From: Oopsacas minuta
Taxonomy: Eukaryota > Animalia > Porifera
NCBI GenBank assembly: GCA_024704765.1
Contig: JAKMXF010000311.1
Span: 310,001-374,000 of the forward strand
Length of the DNA stretch: 64,000 nt
Direction of reading: 5' to 3'
This document shows positions 59,663-64,000 of the stretch, piece by piece (positions within the stretch are counted from its first letter, which is position 1; the number at the start of each line of letters is the position of its first letter). A program made the translations under genes and the position numbers. The notes beneath the pieces were generated by a model, which made no database searches, was not told where the DNA came from, and saw only the letters and a program-made list of their open reading frames with translations.

Positions 59663-60843
59663 TTAATTTTTCACATCTGTGAATGAGGGCATTGCATCTT
59701 CTAAGGTAGGAGCTCGAGTATGACCTTTACTGTTACGTCCGCCATTGAAATTCTTGTAGAAATAGACTTTTATCTAAATAAGAGTTGTTAGCAATAAGTA
59801 CGGTAAACTCTCGTAATTTCGAAGCCCAATAGGCCGCGATAATTACTTCGATATAATCGACGTAATTATGTTATTTTCACTGTTTGGGACAATAATAGCA
59901 CAAAATCAGACTACGTTATAAACGGGTATTTGGATGTATCCGTGCTCGTATAACAGGAGTTGACTGAAATTGATTTACTCCGCTTACAACGAATAAACCA
60001 ACCACGATCCCAGTCCCTAGCAGTTCGTTATAAGGATAGTTTACTGTAATATCCATAGTCCATTATACTTACCTTTCTCCTACTGATGTAACAGAAGAAT
60101 AAAGCAATTATTGTAAAGAAAGAGCAAAATAGAAAGAATGAGAACACAGACGTTTGATAGAAGTGTTTTGTAGTAACTAATGGTGCAATAGGTGTATTTG
60201 TATCATCCAGTTTTGTTTCTTTATCTGGTACCCCAGGTGTTGCATTTGGCATCAAATGTTCTGCATCTGGCGCCACAGGTTCTGCATCTGGCGCCACAGG
60301 TTCTGCATCTGGCGCCACAGGTTCTGCATCTGGCGCCACAGGTTCTGCATCTGGCGTCACAGGTCCTGCATCTGGTGTCACAGGTCCTGCATCTGGTGTC
60401 ACAGGTCCTGCATCTGGTGCCTCGGCTTCAGTGGGTGAAGCTGTTATTACTGATGTTGCATTTGTTGTATTGGATGGTGGAGTTATCGCATTAACTTCTG
60501 GGGTATTAGATTCTGCAGATAAGGTTGTGCTTTCGGTTTTACTAGCCCCCGGCGTGTCTGGGATGTCCCACCTCTTCAATAATGCTTCCAGTACTTTGAT
60601 AAATGTTTCGGTTTTCTTAAGTCCGTTCTTATCGTTAGATAACATCATCATGATTTTGACTTCTAGTTCTTTCTCGGTATCTTCTGGTATAGAAGCTTGT
60701 GTAGTGTCAGCTTTATTATTATTGTTTGGCACAACATTGCCACCATTACCGTTCTGTTCTCTCGCTTCTGATCTACCCAATATAAATAGATTGAGAACTA
60801 GAATAGATAGCAACAATGCACACTGCATATATTTCGGCCTCAT
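59663..60843 (-). CDS. TGN46/KCT2(C5orf15)-like type I membrane protein
   Basis: Exons 60843-60071 and 59773-59663 (in frame). Signal peptide, T/P-rich stalk, TM SVFSFFLFCSFFTIIALFFCYISRRK, and tail IKVYFYKNFNGGRNSKGHTRAPTLEDAMPSFTDVKN (KCT2 has NEAMPSL). Confidence 0.65.
59801..59966. mobile_element. Family A MITE
   Basis: TA-CGGTAAACTCTCG...CAGGAGTTGACTG; abuts another TACAGTAAAC-starting element ending at approx 60050. Confidence 0.68.
60259..60420 (-). repeat. Coding 21-bp minisatellite (PVTPDAG/PVAPDAE), about 8 copies
   Basis: Tandem units are directly visible; a variant gradient runs from PVTPDAG to PVAPDAE. Confidence 0.95.
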
Positions 60844-61322
60844 TCTATCTGTGCGAGAAGAGCTAATTGAAAATTACAAAATTTTGAAAAGATAAGTTGA
60901 GGATAATAACCTTATAATATCGATTTAGATACATATGAATAATCCAGTGTTGCCAGATGACCCCCACAAAGATCATGCCATGTCTATACCAACTTCACGC
61001 CGAAGTTCTTGGTGCATGTCAAGTTCTTGCCATAAGTCAAAATATATTAACTGGCATATAGCAAGGCGGTAGCAAGCAGATGTCAATTGGTCAGGTTGTC
61101 CTATGCAAGATATATGGGACACTAAGTTGGTCGGGTTGAAACCTGACCAACTGGACACTCTCCTACGGCCATGTATATATTATATAAGCATTCACCAGGG
61201 ATAATAAGTCATAGACTATCGGGGTCATGCATTCATTTTGATAATTCTGCCTAAACTGATTGAGGAAAATACAGTGTAAAAGTTGTATAAGTATCCTAAT
61301 TACGTAATAAGTAATCGCGTTG

Positions 61323-62762
61323 CTATTCATCCAACAAAGTATCCAATTTGACAATCTTTTTACGATTGAGACTTTCAGGTATCAACATGCCGAACACGAT
61401 ACACAAAACAAGTGCAATTCCGTTTAGAACAAAAATGAAATGATAGTCGAATGGGAAAATATGTGTGTTGAGGGATACAGCGAATACGGTACCACCGTAT
61501 ATGGGAGCCATCGCCCTGAAAATACTACAAATTGAGAGAGATAATCCGTTGACTGCACCTAGCTTATCGGGTGTAACCGAATTGTTTATGAACATTGATA
61601 AAGAAGCGAAAACCGCAGATATGAATAGCCGCATGAATAGATTGAATAAACCGAGATAAACCACAGCTGGTATAGCGGATAATGCAGATGCAGACGGTAT
61701 CAGTATGCACACAGGGATTAGTATAGCTATTGATACACTAAATGACCTCAAACCACCAAACAATTTCTCTAAAATCTGAAATATGAATAAACTGAAAGGT
61801 AACGTTATCAATGCACTAATGGCTACGACTATTGAAAAATCTTTAATCGACATTTCTAGACCACCCAGATCACGTGGTGCTTTGACCCATAGAGGCAGTA
61901 CTTCATCTAGAGACATCGTGACGACAGAGAATAGAGAATATATGAATATAGTGAGCATGACTACCCAATCTGTAATCAAATGGTAGAATATACTCTTACG
62001 GACTATGGATACAAGTTGATGACCTAACCGTGTTTTGCTGGTACGGGGCGTTGCTAGCATTTCATCTGTCTCATTCTCTCCCTCACTATATACTTGGTCT
62101 TCTGCAACATTTATTGCGTGTGTATTGGTTTGCTCCTTTACTGGCTCTTTCATGAAGAAATACACTATAATAACTCCAATAAGTAGAATTGCAGCATTCG
62201 CAGCTCCAGGTAATACAAAAGGATACTTTACGAATATTTCGTATTTAGGAATATCATATTGCATGATTGGATCGGCTAATATTCCACTGAGTCCAGAGCT
62301 AAATACCAATCCTAAGCTGAACACTCCACCGAGGAATCCCATTGCAAACGGTTGAGTAGAATCGTCACTGTATTCTGATATGACTGCTTTAGCTGTTGGT
62401 ACTATTCCATTGAAAAACCCAATTAGAAACCGGAATATTATGGCCACAATTACCGTAGTAGAAAAGCCGAAACCTAGAGTTACAAATGCGAGCAATACCC
62501 CGGAAATTATCAATACAATTCTACGTCCAAATTTGTCAGCCAGCAAACCCCAGACAAATGAACCAAGAATTCGTCCAACGAACTGAAAACTTGCAATGAG
62601 TCCTGAGTAGTAGCCAATATCCTTCTCATGCAGATCTGGAATTAAATGTTGTACCATCCAAGGAAGATATGGGAACACCTGAACCATAGTGTATATGCTT
62701 GAAAACAACGAAACCAAGGCTGGAGCACACCTCTTAACAACCAGGAGGTATTTGTTCACCAT
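61323..62762 (-). CDS. MFS transporter, ZIFL1/YCR023C-like (intronless)
   Basis: 479 aa, about 12 TM; MFS motif A GLLADKFGRR, FPYLPWMV...IGYYSGL, LWVKAPRDLGGL and LGAVNGLS. Confidence 0.85.
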   Translation of the reverse strand: MVNKYLLVVKRCAPALVSLFSSIYTMVQVFPYLPWMVQHLIPDLHEKDIGYYSGLIASFQFVGRILGSFVWGLLADKFGRRIVLIISGVLLAFVTLGFGFSTTVIVAIIFRFLIGFFNGIVPTAKAVISEYSDDSTQPFAMGFLGGVFSLGLVFSSGLSGILADPIMQYDIPKYEIFVKYPFVLPGAANAAILLIGVIIVYFFMKEPVKEQTNTHAINVAEDQVYSEGENETDEMLATPRTSKTRLGHQLVSIVRKSIFYHLITDWVVMLTIFIYSLFSVVTMSLDEVLPLWVKAPRDLGGLEMSIKDFSIVVAISALITLPFSLFIFQILEKLFGGLRSFSVSIAILIPVCILIPSASALSAIPAVVYLGLFNLFMRLFISAVFASLSMFINNSVTPDKLGAVNGLSLSICSIFRAMAPIYGGTVFAVSLNTHIFPFDYHFIFVLNGIALVLCIVFGMLIPESLNRKKIVKLDTLLDE

Positions 62763-63125
62763 CTGGGTACCTGTGTGTATATCTAATGTATAAATGCATT
62801 GAGAATATTCTATTGCAAACTAGTCTGTATTTTAAAAGTATATAAGGGCCTTATTCGTTTGCAAATATATATTTGTAGTAGCAGCATATTTTGCTACATA
62901 TAAAACTCAATGATAAAAGGAAATTTATATTGTGAAAGTCAACAAAAATAGCTCTTTATGATTGTGTATTGTATATGTAACAGAGCCTAATGACAGATAA
63001 TAATTACTTTGCATTTGTGAGAAAATAAACTGATTTCTCATACATATACATAGTTAACACTTTAAAAATAGAAAAGAATTCTGAACAACACAAATACAAA
63101 GTAAATCTAAGCTCAATGTATTACA

Positions 63126-64000
63126 TCATTTTAGGTCTGATAGCAAATGCTGATCTACAAAGCTAGCTCTCCTCTGTGCTGCTGTAAACATCTTATCATT
63201 ACTTTCCCTCATTCTAGGTAAAGTATTGTTAACACCCTCGATTACTTGCGCGTTCTCTTCAATTTCTGGTTGAGTTGGTTTGGTGAATTTTAAATGAGAA
63301 TATCCAGGTAATTCCTGCTCCATTGTAACAGGTAGTGTAGATATGTAGGTAGGATTTGTCGGCATTTCTATTACACTAATGGCTGCATCTAGTCTGGTAA
63401 CGGAAGATCTAGATGTTGGAGAAGGTATTGGAGGTGCCTTAGCATGATAATCGTTAATACTTTCATAAGTAGAGTTTGGTAATTCGGGATATTGTTCATC
63501 AAAATATTGCCGACTTGAACGATATTCGTTTATTTCTGAAGTTTGACGCATTGGATTCCTAAATTTAACGTCTTTATCACATTTTTGCCACATTTTTTTA
63601 GTAAGCAGGAAGATATTTAATCCAATACTGAAAGTCAGCACGAGTAATAGCAACGCAGCGATTGCTGAAACGCTTATTAAACCGGTAAACGAAGTTTGCT
63701 CTGTAGCACACTCGACGATTGACTCATTGGTTATCGAAAAGGTAATTTCACTGAGTGCTATCCATGGTGCTTCCTCATGCACTTCAATATAGAATTCTAG
63801 TAAAATCACGTTTGATGTTATCAATGGAAATAACAGTATTTTATATGTACCTCCAATTTCTATTACCGTTGATGTGTCAATTACAATCCCATTCACTGCC
63901 ATGAATATTGGAGCCTGGAAGTCCTTATCGCGAATATTTCTAGCTCCGTATATTATTATCGTGTCAAAGAAATATACGTCATCAAAATTAATGAGGATTT
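63126..64000 (-). CDS. Single-pass receptor with a DDR-type discoidin-like domain and no kinase (5' partial)
   Basis: Frame open to the window edge: ILINFDDVYFFDTIIIYG...PWIALSEITF resembles the DDR DS-like domain (FEFDR...WMMFSEITF). TM AIAALLLLVLTFSIGLNIFLL, then a Tyr-rich tail ending at a stop. Confidence 0.6.
   Translation of the reverse strand, partial: ILINFDDVYFFDTIIIYGARNIRDKDFQAPIFMAVNGIVIDTSTVIEIGGTYKILLFPLITSNVILLEFYIEVHEEAPWIALSEITFSITNESIVECATEQTSFTGLISVSAIAALLLLVLTFSIGLNIFLLTKKMWQKCDKDVKFRNPMRQTSEINEYRSSRQYFDEQYPELPNSTYESINDYHAKAPPIPSPTSRSSVTRLDAAISVIEMPTNPTYISTLPVTMEQELPGYSHLKFTKPTQPEIEENAQVIEGVNNTLPRMRESNDKMFTAAQRRASFVDQHLLSDLK

Noticed and set aside
60192-60895. Repetitive plus-strand ORFs (PQVLHLA / CIWRHRF repeats)
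   Set aside because: Antisense readings of the 21-bp coding VNTR.
1-64000. CRISPR array, rRNA, prophage or autonomous transposase/RT
   Set aside because: No repeat-spacer array, rRNA-like tract, DDE or RT ORF was seen. Tandem repeats here lack unique spacers.

Overview
AT-rich, very compact eukaryotic (early-branching animal) genomic DNA with short GT-AG introns. The repertoire (SRCR-bearing receptor tyrosine kinase, adhesion GPCR, cAMP-receptor-like GPCR, death-fold protein) and the compaction fit a sponge, plausibly a glass sponge; this is inference, not a database result. I find about 22 protein-coding genes, 17 of them on the minus strand. In order: FZ-SRCR receptor tyrosine kinase (5' end outside the window), SCAPER-like, RPS6KC1-like, nucleolin-like, SYF2, SLC25A20, EMI-EGF-FN3 adhesion GPCR, cAMP-receptor-like GPCR, BRK1, SMARCC, synphilin-1-like, HYOU1, WASHC4, an SLP-76/BLNK-like SH2 adaptor, SLC25A32 and an orphan membrane-protein gene (both apparently nested in an adaptor intron), LRRC57, glycogenin, a possible tandem-DED protein, a TGN46/KCT2-like protein, a ZIFL-like MFS transporter and a kinase-less DDR-like receptor (5' end outside the window). 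There is one tRNA-Gln(TTG), many TA-flanked Tigger/pogo-like MITEs and a foldback element. The most intriguing signal: 13 of 20 visible start codons have a YAG acceptor-like trinucleotide 0-11 nt upstream, and co-oriented genes sit as little as 143-300 bp apart. That pattern would fit spliced-leader trans-splicing of operon-like clusters, but 5'-UTR cis-introns remain a live alternative. Exon boundaries were read by hand and may be off by a few bases.
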